Assembly: GCA_016929555.1 (NCBI GenBank)
Contig: JAFGIO010000030.1
Coordinates: 1-49,828, forward strand
Length of the DNA stretch: 49,828 nt
Direction of reading: 5' to 3'
Source: Deltaproteobacteria bacterium
GTDB lineage: Bacteria; Desulfobacterota; Syntrophia; Syntrophales; JAFGIO01
Shown here: positions 10,219 through 19,486 of the stretch, piece after piece
Numbering within the stretch: the stretch's first letter is position 1
Layout of the letters: every line of letters starts with the position of its first letter
Made by a program: the position numbers and the translations under genes
The notes under the pieces: model-generated
The model's database searches: none
The model's input: the letters and a program-made list of their open reading frames with translations, nothing else
What the model was told of the DNA's origin: nothing

Positions 10219-12363
10219 ATGAGCACCGGGAGCAGGCAGCACGAGGCCAGATTATCGTGCCCCCTGCAGAGGAAGCACGCATCCGGCGAAACGGCCGGAC
10301 AATGGACTTGGGTTGTGAATCTATTATCCATTTCATCTTTTTTCGCGGTCGTCGTCTACCTCTATCTGGGCATCTACGCCCTCCATCTGGATATCCATTC
10401 GAGATTGAACCGCATCTTCGGACTCCTATGCCTCAGTCTGTCCGTCTGGTCCTTCGGCTACGCCTTCGTTTACGCGGCTCCCGACAAGCCGAGCGTCTGG
10501 TTCTGGTTCAGGATTTCCTCCCTGGGCTGGTGCACCTTCGGCGGCATCTCTCTGCATTTTCTGCTGGTTCTGACAAGGAAAGAAAAAATCCTCAAGCAAT
10601 GGTGGCTTTATCCTCTCCTGTATGTACCGGGATTGCTCTTTTTTTACCGGTCATGGACAGATGTTCTCACGGCCGGCGATTTCCTGTGGACACCGCTCGG
10701 ATGGACCGAGGTAATCGCGCCCGAAGGCGCCTGGTTCTGTCTCCACATCACGAACTATATCCTCTGCATCCTCATCGGCGTCATTCTGACCTGGCGCTGG
10801 GGCCGCTCTTCGACCATCCAGAGGGAAAGGAAACAGGCCCGCATCGTCGTGTTCACGATCCTCTTGGCGCTGGTGCTGGGCACCCTGATCAACGTCATCC
10901 TCCCTATCCTGGGCTTCCGTGGCCTTCCCGGCATCGCCCACATCGTGATCCTCATCTGGGCCCTGGGTATCTGGCATGCCATCGTCGAGTACCGGCTGAT
11001 GGTGCTGACGCCTTCCATCGCCACCGATGAGATCATCTCCCGGATGAAGGACATGCTCCTGCTGACCAATACGGAGGGTATCGTCATCCGCGTGAACCGC
11101 CGAACGGAGGAGCTGCTGGGCTACGAGGAAAAGGATCTGCTGGGGAGACCCTTCGACGCCATCCTTTCGGGAGAAGAGATCCCAGAAACCAACCCCTCCG
11201 TCAACAGGGCGCTCTTCTTTAAAACCAAAACCGGCGACAGCATCCCCGTGAGCGTTTCCCGCTCGGCGATCACGGACCGGGCAGGAGACGCCGTCGGCCA
11301 GGTTATCGTCGGCCAGGATATGAGGCCCACCCGGCGCCTGCAGGAAGAGATCCTTATACGCCAGCAGGCGGAAGAGACCCTTAAAAAGGCCCACAACAAC
11401 CTGGAAGTTCTCGTACAGGAGCGCACGGCATCTCTCGCGAAAACCAATGAAGCCCTGCAGGCGGAGATCGATGTCCGGCGGGAAGCGGAGGCCCTCTTCA
11501 AGACCCTCTTCGACAAGACGCCCATCGGGATTTTCATCGCCCAGAAAGGGATCGTCCGGATGGTCAACCCCGAATTCAGAAAGCTAACCCAATTTTCGGA
11601 GGGGGAGCTGCTCGGCATGGACGCGTTTTCGCTCGTCGTCCCCGAAGACCGCCCCTATATCATCGGCAGGATCGAAAAGATGCTGCAGGGCGAACAGGCC
11701 CGCCCGCTGGAGGGACGGATCATCCGAAAAGACCGGAAGACGCGATGGTGCATGGGAAGCTTCAGCGCCATTCGCTATCAGGGAGAGACGGCCATTCTGG
11801 GCAGCCTGATGGACATAACGGACCGCAAGCAGGCCGAGGAAACGATCCTGCAGCTTGCCTATTACGACACCCTGACGGGGCTTCCCAACCGCGTGCTCTT
11901 CCATGACCGCTTCACGCTCGCCGTGGCCAACGCCCTCCGCGGCCAGAAGGAGCTGGCCCTGATGATGATCGATCTGGACCGGTTCAAGGAAATCAACGAT
12001 ACCCTGGGACACAGCACGGGTGACGAACTGCTCAAGGGGGTCAGCCAGCGTCTGACGGGCCTGCTTCGCAAGGGCGATACGATCGCCCGGATGGGAGGGG
12101 ACGAATTCATCCTGCTGCTGCCCGAAATGGCACGGCGTGAGGATGCGGAAATCGTGGCCGCGAAAATCCTGAAGGCCATGCAGATTCCCTTCGATGTCGA
12201 AGGCCACCGTCTCTCCGTGACGGCAAGCATCGGGATCGCCATATACCCCTCCGACGGCAGAGAAATGGATATCCTGATGAAAAATGCGGATCAGGCGATG
12301 TACTGCGCCAAGGAAAGCGGCCGGAACAAATATGAATTCTATCAACCAACCGAATCCCGATAA
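10219..12363 (+). CDS. membrane sensor diguanylate cyclase (N-terminal multi-TM sensor, two PAS domains, coiled coil, GGDEF)
   Basis: About 7 hydrophobic helices in the first ~260 aa, PAS-like segments, RMGGDEF active site with an RKGD I-site 5 residues upstream. The exact start is uncertain. Confidence 0.85.
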   Translation: MSTGSRQHEARLSCPLQRKHASGETAGQWTWVVNLLSISSFFAVVVYLYLGIYALHLDIHSRLNRIFGLLCLSLSVWSFGYAFVYAAPDKPSVWFWFRISSLGWCTFGGISLHFLLVLTRKEKILKQWWLYPLLYVPGLLFFYRSWTDVLTAGDFLWTPLGWTEVIAPEGAWFCLHITNYILCILIGVILTWRWGRSSTIQRERKQARIVVFTILLALVLGTLINVILPILGFRGLPGIAHIVILIWALGIWHAIVEYRLMVLTPSIATDEIISRMKDMLLLTNTEGIVIRVNRRTEELLGYEEKDLLGRPFDAILSGEEIPETNPSVNRALFFKTKTGDSIPVSVSRSAITDRAGDAVGQVIVGQDMRPTRRLQEEILIRQQAEETLKKAHNNLEVLVQERTASLAKTNEALQAEIDVRREAEALFKTLFDKTPIGIFIAQKGIVRMVNPEFRKLTQFSEGELLGMDAFSLVVPEDRPYIIGRIEKMLQGEQARPLEGRIIRKDRKTRWCMGSFSAIRYQGETAILGSLMDITDRKQAEETILQLAYYDTLTGLPNRVLFHDRFTLAVANALRGQKELALMMIDLDRFKEINDTLGHSTGDELLKGVSQRLTGLLRKGDTIARMGGDEFILLLPEMARREDAEIVAAKILKAMQIPFDVEGHRLSVTASIGIAIYPSDGREMDILMKNADQAMYCAKESGRNKYEFYQPTESR

Positions 12364-12378
12364 AGGCGTTTTCGTGCC

Positions 12379-13998
12379 ATGAACGATTCTCTCTGGCGGC
12401 CTTCGCAGATCGGCGCCCCCGACAACCGGAATCTGAGCGTCCACAACTACGAAGAACTGGCCGCCCTTCACGCCATCGCCCGCATTCTGGCCCAACCTCA
12501 GGAATTGAGGGATCAGCTCGAGCGGGTGCTTCAGGAGATGAGCGGCCGCCTGGGGATGCAGCGGGGAATGATCTCTTTGCTGGACCGGGAGACGGGCGAG
12601 GCGTGGCTCGATGTGGCCCATGACTTCAACATCCGGGACATGGAGGTCACCTACCAGCCCGGAGAAGGCATTACGGGACAGGTTGCCCAATCGGGGCGTC
12701 CCATGGCAATCGCCAATCTGGGAAAAGAAACCCATTTCCTGGATCGCACCGGCGCGCGGCGCTTCCTGAACCGGTCCGAACTCGCCTTCCTCTGCGTGCC
12801 CATCATCTACGACGCCCGGGTCGTGGGCGTCCTTTCGGCGGACAAGGTGGCCAGGCAGGTAGAGAACCTGGATCGGGAATTGGCCATGCTTTCCTCCGTG
12901 GCGGAACTGATCGCCAAAACGGTCCATTACCGCGCCCTGGACGAGGACAACCGGCGTTTGCGCCGGATCATCGGCCGCACCCGGACGCCTTCCGTCGATA
13001 TGATCGGCCGATCCAGGGCCATACAGGAGGTTTTCAGCCTCATCGCCCAGGTGGCCCCTTCCAACACCTCCGTTCTTATTCACGGCGAAACGGGAACGGG
13101 TAAGGAACTGGCGGCCAGGGCCATCCATCAGAACAGTCCCCGCAAAAAGGGCCCCCTGGTGGAAGTGAACTGTGCCGCCATGCCCGATACCCTCATCGAA
13201 AGCGAACTTTTCGGCCATGAAAAGGGCGCCTTCACCGGGGCAAGCTACCAGCGGCGGGGCCGCTTCGAAGAGGCCAACAACGGCACCATCTTTCTCGACG
13301 AGGTGGGCGAGCTCTCGGCGGCAGCCCAGGTCAAGCTGCTCAGGGTCATTCAGGAAAAGCAGTTTCAGCCTCTGGGATCGTCCCGGACCATTCATGTCAA
13401 CGTGCGCATCATCGGCGCAACCAACCGCAATCTCGAGGCGGATATTGCCTCCGGACGTTTTCGCGCTGATCTCTTTTACCGTCTGAACGTCTTTCCCATT
13501 TATCTCCCGCCGCTTCGGGAGAGGGGAAGCGATATCATCCTGCTGGCCGATCACTTCATTCTGAAATACAGCAACGAACTGCAGAAACCGGTAAAGCGGA
13601 TCTCGAAGGCGGTGATGGAGCGGTTTCTCTCCTACCACTGGCCGGGCAACGTGCGGGAGCTGGAAAACTGCATCGAAAGGGCCGTTCTATTGGCCTCGGG
13701 AAACATTGTCGATACCGTCCACATGCCGCCATCGTTGCAGGCCAGATCCCAGGAGGGCGATTCAAAGAAGGTACAGGGAACCCTGAACACGGTCATTTCA
13801 TCCCAGGAGAGGGCCATGATCATAGAAGCCCTGAAGGAGACCCGGGGCAATCAGAGCGAGGCCGCCAAACTCCTGGGGACGACCAAGAGGATCATCCAGT
13901 ATAAAATCCGCAAGCTCGACATCGACCCGGCCCGCTTCCGTCGGAAGCCGGGTATCAATGATGCGGACAAGGTTGCGACAGATCCTGAGGATGCCTGA
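12379..13998 (+). CDS. sigma-54-dependent transcriptional activator with N-terminal GAF domain (NifA-like architecture)
   Basis: GAF region, AAA+ GETGTGKE Walker A, GAFTGA loop ([15 protein letters not shown]), C-terminal Fis-type HTH ([22 protein letters not shown]). Confidence 0.9.
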   Translation: MNDSLWRPSQIGAPDNRNLSVHNYEELAALHAIARILAQPQELRDQLERVLQEMSGRLGMQRGMISLLDRETGEAWLDVAHDFNIRDMEVTYQPGEGITGQVAQSGRPMAIANLGKETHFLDRTGARRFLNRSELAFLCVPIIYDARVVGVLSADKVARQVENLDRELAMLSSVAELIAKTVHYRALDEDNRRLRRIIGRTRTPSVDMIGRSRAIQEVFSLIAQVAPSNTSVLIHGETGTGKELAARAIHQNSPRKKGPLVEVNCAAMPDTLIESELFGHEKGAFTGASYQRRGRFEEANNGTIFLDEVGELSAAAQVKLLRVIQEKQFQPLGSSRTIHVNVRIIGATNRNLEADIASGRFRADLFYRLNVFPIYLPPLRERGSDIILLADHFILKYSNELQKPVKRISKAVMERFLSYHWPGNVRELENCIERAVLLASGNIVDTVHMPPSLQARSQEGDSKKVQGTLNTVISSQERAMIIEALKETRGNQSEAAKLLGTTKRIIQYKIRKLDIDPARFRRKPGINDADKVATDPEDA

Positions 13999-14239
13999 AC
14001 ACCCGGTGCAGGGCTGCCGGCAGCAGATAGAAAACATTTTCGTTCCCTCAGGCGGCCCGGGGTACATTTTTGTCTCTGCCAAAAGCCTGTGGCGGGCGGA
14101 TGACTCCCTGCCGAGCGGGCAGGTGTCGCATCCGGCGAAACTTTCCATGGCCTCATTCCTCAGGGATTTCAAGATTCCAAAGCCGCCGGGACAGCGCCCC
14201 GTACAAAAAGGGCACCCGACCCCCCACCTTGTTTTGATA

Positions 14240-14255
14240 TGGCATAAATCTGGCA
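14240..14255 (+). promoter_or_regulatory. sigma-54 (-24/-12) promoter candidate for the glutamate synthase operon
   Basis: TGGCAT-aaatc-TGGCA: GG and GC are at the canonical 10-nt spacing, one mismatch to TGGCAC-N5-TTGCA in the -12 box. It lies 67 nt upstream of the ATG at 14322, directly downstream of a sigma-54 activator gene. Confidence 0.45.
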
Positions 14256-14321
14256 AATCCGTGATACTGGATTCTTTCCGGAAGATGCAAACCTGAGCAG
14301 ATCTATCGAAAGGAAAAAGCC

Positions 14322-15452
14322 ATGTGCCGTTTATTTGCCGTGACCAGCGATGAGCCCTTCTCTCCCATGGTTGCCCTCCGGGCCATCGACGTGATGAAAG
14401 AAGGTCACGACGGTTCCGGGGTTGGCCTCTATCTGACCGATCTGGGTTCCGATTTCGAGCAGTTCAAGGGGGAGCCCATCCTCTCGGGAATCTTTTCCAA
14501 CGAGGGTCTCAAGGCCCTGGACCGCTACATGATGGACCTCGACTTCATGGTGAAGTACAAGCTTTCCATCCGGCCGGCCAAAAACCCGCCTCCCGGAACG
14601 CCGCGCCGGGACAACTATGTGATCCGGGTCTACGAATATCCTCCCGACTGGGAATCCCTGACGACCGAAGAAATCCAGCATCGTCTCCTTCTTTGCCGCC
14701 TGCAGCTCCGCAAGATGGGGGAGGCGGACGAATCCATGATGGTCTTCAGCTTCTGGCCCGACGCCATCATGATCAAGGAAGTGGGCGATCCCATGGCCGT
14801 GGCGGAATATCTGGGATTGAACCGCAAGGAGCTTCAAGCCCGGACCATGCTCGCTCAGGGGAGGCAGAACACGAACTACGCCATCAACATTTACGCCTGT
14901 CATCCTTTTTTCATCCAGGGCTTCGCCACCATGACCAACGGGGAGAACACGGCCTTCGTTCCGATCCGAGAATTCCTGATGTCCAGGAACTATCCCGGCT
15001 ACACGGGCTACCAGTCGGATTCCGAGGTGTTCACCCACATCCTCCACTATACGAGGAAAAACCTGGGGCTGGGGCTGGACATGTACAAGCACATCATTAC
15101 CCCCCTGAAGGACGAAGAGCTGGTCCGGCATCCCGACGGTCAACGGCTGCGCCTTTGGAAGCAAAGCTGCCGGCCCCTGATCATCGACGGGCCCAACTGC
15201 GTGATCGGCTGCCTGCCCGACAAGACCCTCTTCATGGTTCAGGACAGCAAAAAGCTCCGTCCCGGCATCGTCGGCGGCCATCCGGGCATGTTCGCCTTCT
15301 CCTCGGAGATGTGCGGACTGGACGCGGCCATCCCGGCACGGGACAAGAGCAGGGATTTCCAGCCGATGAAATACGATACCGTGGCCGTGGGGCCGGATCG
15401 CAAGGAGGTGAAGCGATGGAGCCAATGGGAAGGCTCGATCCCTCTGAACTGA
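14322..15452 (+). CDS. glutamate synthase, class II (Ntn) glutamine amidotransferase subunit (split, archaeal-type GltB domain 1)
   Basis: Starts MCRLFAV (catalytic Cys2). 376 aa. First gene of a three-gene glutamate synthase set. Confidence 0.8.
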   Translation: MCRLFAVTSDEPFSPMVALRAIDVMKEGHDGSGVGLYLTDLGSDFEQFKGEPILSGIFSNEGLKALDRYMMDLDFMVKYKLSIRPAKNPPPGTPRRDNYVIRVYEYPPDWESLTTEEIQHRLLLCRLQLRKMGEADESMMVFSFWPDAIMIKEVGDPMAVAEYLGLNRKELQARTMLAQGRQNTNYAINIYACHPFFIQGFATMTNGENTAFVPIREFLMSRNYPGYTGYQSDSEVFTHILHYTRKNLGLGLDMYKHIITPLKDEELVRHPDGQRLRLWKQSCRPLIIDGPNCVIGCLPDKTLFMVQDSKKLRPGIVGGHPGMFAFSSEMCGLDAAIPARDKSRDFQPMKYDTVAVGPDRKEVKRWSQWEGSIPLN

Positions 15453-17050
15453 GCGTCAAGGACCTGCCCTGGCAGATCCTCTGGGACAAGGAGAAATGTT
15501 CCCTCTGCGGCCGCTGCACCGCCGCATGTCCCGTCCGAGCCATCGAACTGGGCGTGCATCGGAAACGGATCCTGCAGATCCCCGTGGGGCTTCAGGAACA
15601 TCCATCGAATCTGTTCAGCCTATATCACGGAATCCGCCAGCGGACCGACCCGGCCCATGCCTGTACGGGTTGCGCCCTGTGCAGTCTCGTCTGCCCCAAC
15701 GGGGCCATCGTCCCCATCCGCAGCGCCGAAACCGACAAGCTTCGCTTCCATGTCAACGCCGGGGGCACGCCGCGCAGGCGGGGCGGGCGCCGCAACGATC
15801 CCCGGAGCCTGCTGGACGAGATCAAGTTCATCCGCATTTCCATGCTGACCGATCCGGCCCTCGATGCGGGGCGCCATGAGTTCGAGCTCCGCACCCTGCT
15901 GGGCCGCGTTTTACCCCCCGAGCAGATTCCGACGGTCATCGCACAGGACGGCTGGGCGCCGCCGGTGCGGGAAATCTACCCGCTCATCATCGGCAGCATG
16001 TCCTTCGGCGCCCTGTCGCCCAACATGTGGGAGGGGATCCAACTGGGCGTAGCCTATCTGAACGAGGAGATGGGGATGCCGGTCCGGGTCTGCACCGGCG
16101 AGGGCGGCTGTCCGCCGAGACTTCTGCGTTCGCGGTTCCTGAAATATGTCATCCTGCAGATCGCCAGCGGCTACTTCGGCTGGGACGAGATCATCCACGC
16201 CCTGCCCGATATGAAGGAGGATCCCTGTGCCGTCGAGATCAAATACGGCCAGGGGGCCAAACCGGGGGACGGCGGATTGCTTATGTGGTACAAGGTGAAC
16301 CGGCTCATTGCCGCCATCCGGGGGGTGCCGCCGGGCATCAGCCTTCCCAGCCCGCCGACGCACCAGACCAAATACTCCATCGAGGAGGCCGTGGCCAAGA
16401 TGATCCAGTCCATGTCCATGGCCTGGGGATTCCGGGTTCCCGTTTTCCCCAAGATATCGGCAACCTCTACGACGCTCGCCGTCTTGAACAACCTGACGAG
16501 AAACCCCTATGCCGGGGGGCTGGCCTTGGACGGCGAAGACGGCGGCACCGGAGCAGCCTACAACGTCTCCATGGACCATATGGGCCACCCCATCGCAAGC
16601 AATGTCCGCGACGCCTACCTCAATCTGGTCAGGCTCGGCAAACAGAACGAGCTTCCGCTTCTGGCCGCGGGAGGCATCGGGAAGAACGGCAACCTGGCCG
16701 CCAACGCCGCCGCCCTGATCATGCTGGGAGCGAGCGGCGTGCAGATCGGGAAATATCTCATGCAGGCCGCCGCCGGCTGTCTGGGTTCGGAGGCTGATCG
16801 CTGCAACATCTGCAACATCGGCCTCTGCCCCAAGGGGATCACTTCCCAGGATCCGAGGCTGGATCGACGGCTGGACCCGGAAAAGGTGGCCGAACGGCTG
16901 GTGGATGTCTATCTCAGCTTCGATACGGAGCTGAAGAAGATCGTCGCCCCCCTGGGGCGCTCCACGTCACTGCCCATCGGGATGTCCGACGCTCTCGGCA
17001 TCGCGGATCACCCTGCGGCCGAGCGCCTAGGCATCCGTTATGTCATATAA
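15416..17050 (+). CDS. glutamate synthase FMN/substrate-binding subunit with N-terminal 2x[4Fe-4S] ferredoxin domain (GltB domain 2)
   Basis: CSLCGRCTAACP and CTGCALCSLVCP cluster motifs, then a GltS FMN-domain sequence (IGSMSFGALS, EIKYGQGAKPGDGG, AAGGIG). ATG at 15416 lies 7 nt after AAGGAGG. The upstream 241 codons of track ORF 14693.. are an out-of-frame overlap of the previous gene. Confidence 0.85.
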   Translation: MEPMGRLDPSELSVKDLPWQILWDKEKCSLCGRCTAACPVRAIELGVHRKRILQIPVGLQEHPSNLFSLYHGIRQRTDPAHACTGCALCSLVCPNGAIVPIRSAETDKLRFHVNAGGTPRRRGGRRNDPRSLLDEIKFIRISMLTDPALDAGRHEFELRTLLGRVLPPEQIPTVIAQDGWAPPVREIYPLIIGSMSFGALSPNMWEGIQLGVAYLNEEMGMPVRVCTGEGGCPPRLLRSRFLKYVILQIASGYFGWDEIIHALPDMKEDPCAVEIKYGQGAKPGDGGLLMWYKVNRLIAAIRGVPPGISLPSPPTHQTKYSIEEAVAKMIQSMSMAWGFRVPVFPKISATSTTLAVLNNLTRNPYAGGLALDGEDGGTGAAYNVSMDHMGHPIASNVRDAYLNLVRLGKQNELPLLAAGGIGKNGNLAANAAALIMLGASGVQIGKYLMQAAAGCLGSEADRCNICNIGLCPKGITSQDPRLDRRLDPEKVAERLVDVYLSFDTELKKIVAPLGRSTSLPIGMSDALGIADHPAAERLGIRYVI

Positions 17051-17069
17051 ATTGCGTTAAGGAGCCTTC

Positions 17070-19403
17070 ATGTCACCCAAACCGACCATCATTCTCCCCG
17101 GCATGGAGAAAGGCCTTCGCGTCGACTCCAGGATCCTGGAAGAACGCATCCAGAAGGCCGTCAGCGACGGGCACCGCGTTATCGAGGTCATCGCGCAGGG
17201 GCAGCACGGCATCGGCGGCCGGCTCTGGAAGGCGGGCAGCGAGTCCGTAATGGTGCGCATCCTGGGGACCTCGGGCCAGCGCGTCGGTTCCATGGGTTTC
17301 CCCAACACCGTCATCGACGTTGTCGGGCCCGCCTCCGACGATGTGGGATGGCTGAACGCCGGCGCCCGGATCGTGGTGCGCGGCAACGCCACCAACGGCA
17401 CCGGCAACGCCATGGCCCAGGGCAAGATCTACATCGCGGGCAGCATCGGCGCCCGGGGCATGACAATGACGAAGCACAATCCCCGCTTCGACCCGCCGGA
17501 GCTCTGGGTCCTGGGGGGGGTGGGGGACTCCTTTGCCGAGTTCATGGCCGGCGGCATCGCCGTGATCTGCGGCCAGAACCCCCAGAACACGGAAAACGTT
17601 CTGGGCTATCGTCCCTGCGTTGGCATGGTGGGCGGCAAGATCTTTTTCCGGGGTCCCCATCAGGGCATCAGCGATCAGGATGCGAGGATCGCTCCTCTTT
17701 CCGACGAAGACTGGGAGTGGCTGACCCAGAACATGAAGGAATTCCTGGAGATCGTCAAACAGAAAGATCTTCTTCCGCGGCTCACCGGCGACCGCGGGGA
17801 CTGGCAGCTCATCGTGGCCCGCAAGCCCCAGGAAAAGAAAAGCGGGACCGTAAGAAACCTGAAACAGTTCCGCGAGGCCGTCTGGAATCGGGAACTGGGA
17901 GGCGGCGGGCTCATCGGCGATCTGACCGATAGGGACCGCAGCCCCATCGAGATCATCACGACGGGGACGCTGCGCCGTTTCATCCCGCTTTGGGAAAACG
18001 CGAAATACCTCCCGCCCTGCCAGGCCAGCTGCCCCACGGGCATCCCCGTTCAGAAGCGGTGGGCGCTGATCCGCAAGGGACAAATCGACGAGGCCGTGGA
18101 TCTGGCCCTCCTCTATACCCCCTTTCCGGCCACGGTGTGCGGCCATCTCTGTCCGAATCTCTGCATGCAGAACTGCACCCGGCATTTTTCGAGCCTGCCC
18201 GCCGTCGATACGACCCTTTTGGGGAAGGCGAGCCTCCAGGCGAAAAGCCCCGAACCGCTGCCTCCCACGGGCAGGCGCATCGCCGTTATCGGCGGCGGCG
18301 CCGCGGGCCTTTCCGTGGCCTGGCAGCTCTGGTTGAAGGGCCACGAACCGGTGATTTACGAGATGCGGGACAAACTGGGCGGAAAGATTACGGACAGCGT
18401 GCCCCGGAGCCGCATCCCCGACGAGGTTATCGAGCACGAACTGAATCGTCTGGCCGAGAAGCTCAGCCATCGGAATCTGGGACAGGCAATTTCCCTTGAG
18501 GCTTTTGTCAAGCTCCGGGAGGAGTTCGATTTTATCGTGATCGCCGCGGGCGCCCAGACGCCGAGGACGCTTCCCATCCCCGGCAGTGACCGGGCCGCAG
18601 CCGCCCTGGATTTCCTGCGCCGGGCCAGAAATGACGAGGCTTCCGTAGGAGAGAAGGTGGTCATCATCGGCGCGGGCAACGTCGGCTGCGACGCCGCCGC
18701 CGAGGCGGCCAGGGCCGGCGCGCGGGATATTACCCTGGTCGACATCCAGGAGCCGGCATCCTTCGGGGTGGAGCGCAGGCATGCAGAAGCGGCGGGCGCG
18801 CGCTTTCTCTGGCCCCGGAATGTCCTGGCCATTGCATCAACAGGAGTGGAGCTCTCAGGCGGGGAGGTGCTGCCGGCGGACACGGTCATCGTGGCCGTCG
18901 GCGACCAGCCGGATCTCTCCTTTCTGCCCGAAGAGATTGCCACACAGCGCGGTTTTGTCGTTGTGGACGATCGCTTCCGGAGCAGCGATCCCCGGGTGTT
19001 TGCCATCGGGGATGCGGTGAGGCCGGGTCTTCTGACGGAGGCCATCGGCGCAGGGCGCATCGCTGCGGAGGCCATCGACGATCTGCTGAGAGGCCGCCAG
19101 GAGACTTACGACCGGCTGCCCATGCTGGACCGGCGGAGGGTCAAGCTGGAATACTTCGATCCCCGGGTGCTTTCCTTCGAGGATCCAGCCTCCTGCGCCC
19201 TGCAATGCGCCTCCTGCGGCGCCTGCCGCGACTGCCGCCTCTGCGAGACGATCTGTCCCGAGAGCGCCATCACGCGGCGTACCCTTGAAGGGGAGGCCTT
19301 CGAATACGTCGTGGATGCCGACCGCTGCATCGGCTGCGGGTTCTGCGCGGGCGCCTGTCCCACCGGCGTATGGGCGCTTGTCGAAAACGACCCGATGGAA
19401 TAA
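17070..19403 (+). CDS. fusion protein: glutamate synthase GXGXG domain (GltB domain 3) + GltD-like NAD(P)H/FAD oxidoreductase + C-terminal 2x[4Fe-4S] ferredoxin
   Basis: N-terminal repetitive GXGXG-type beta-helix sequence (GQHGIGG, GNATNGTGN, GSIGARG), central RIAVIGGGAAGLSVA and VVIIGAGNVGCD dinucleotide folds, C-terminal CRLCETICP / CIGCGFCAGACP. Confidence 0.8.
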   Translation: MSPKPTIILPGMEKGLRVDSRILEERIQKAVSDGHRVIEVIAQGQHGIGGRLWKAGSESVMVRILGTSGQRVGSMGFPNTVIDVVGPASDDVGWLNAGARIVVRGNATNGTGNAMAQGKIYIAGSIGARGMTMTKHNPRFDPPELWVLGGVGDSFAEFMAGGIAVICGQNPQNTENVLGYRPCVGMVGGKIFFRGPHQGISDQDARIAPLSDEDWEWLTQNMKEFLEIVKQKDLLPRLTGDRGDWQLIVARKPQEKKSGTVRNLKQFREAVWNRELGGGGLIGDLTDRDRSPIEIITTGTLRRFIPLWENAKYLPPCQASCPTGIPVQKRWALIRKGQIDEAVDLALLYTPFPATVCGHLCPNLCMQNCTRHFSSLPAVDTTLLGKASLQAKSPEPLPPTGRRIAVIGGGAAGLSVAWQLWLKGHEPVIYEMRDKLGGKITDSVPRSRIPDEVIEHELNRLAEKLSHRNLGQAISLEAFVKLREEFDFIVIAAGAQTPRTLPIPGSDRAAAALDFLRRARNDEASVGEKVVIIGAGNVGCDAAAEAARAGARDITLVDIQEPASFGVERRHAEAAGARFLWPRNVLAIASTGVELSGGEVLPADTVIVAVGDQPDLSFLPEEIATQRGFVVVDDRFRSSDPRVFAIGDAVRPGLLTEAIGAGRIAAEAIDDLLRGRQETYDRLPMLDRRRVKLEYFDPRVLSFEDPASCALQCASCGACRDCRLCETICPESAITRRTLEGEAFEYVVDADRCIGCGFCAGACPTGVWALVENDPME

Positions 19404-19486
19404 CAAGGAAAGGCTTTTCATCGTAGCATCTGTAATCAAAGGCGAGATTCCACTTAACCATACTGTAGCCAAGAAAGGAGAAAAAG

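Noticed and set aside
10146-11030. 294-aa plus-strand ORF overlapping the start of the GGDEF gene in another frame.
   Set aside because: It is Arg/His/Pro-rich with no hydrophobic pattern. The overlapping frame encodes a coherent multi-TM sensor continuous with the PAS and GGDEF domains.
11584-13638. 684-aa ORF antisense to the GGDEF and sigma-54 regulator genes. Similar long antisense ORFs are at 14331..15425, 17073..18782, 19454..20719, 20941..22095, 23692..25467, 25480..26928, 26864..28438, 31097..32224, 43732..44679 and 46622..47761.
   Set aside because: They lie exactly opposite genes with unambiguous family signatures. They are rich in R/G/P/A/H/D low-complexity sequence with no recognisable motifs, and they are absent from the one low-GC gene (32239-33846). 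This is the classic shadow-ORF pattern of high-GC3 genomes.
14276-14283. TTCCGGAA palindrome between the sigma-54 promoter candidate and the glutamate synthase start, and GGAA-N6-TTCA (19407-19420) upstream of glnA resembling an NrpR-type GGAA-N6-TTCC operator.
   Set aside because: 8-nt palindromes and 4+4 half-site matches with a mismatch are expected many times by chance in 50 kb. There is no supporting repeat of the motif.
14693-15415. N-terminal 241 codons of the 785-aa track ORF 14693..17050.
   Set aside because: This part is an alternative frame of the amidotransferase gene (Arg/Gly/His/Pro-rich). The recognisable ferredoxin/FMN protein begins at ATG 15416, just after a strong AAGGAGG.
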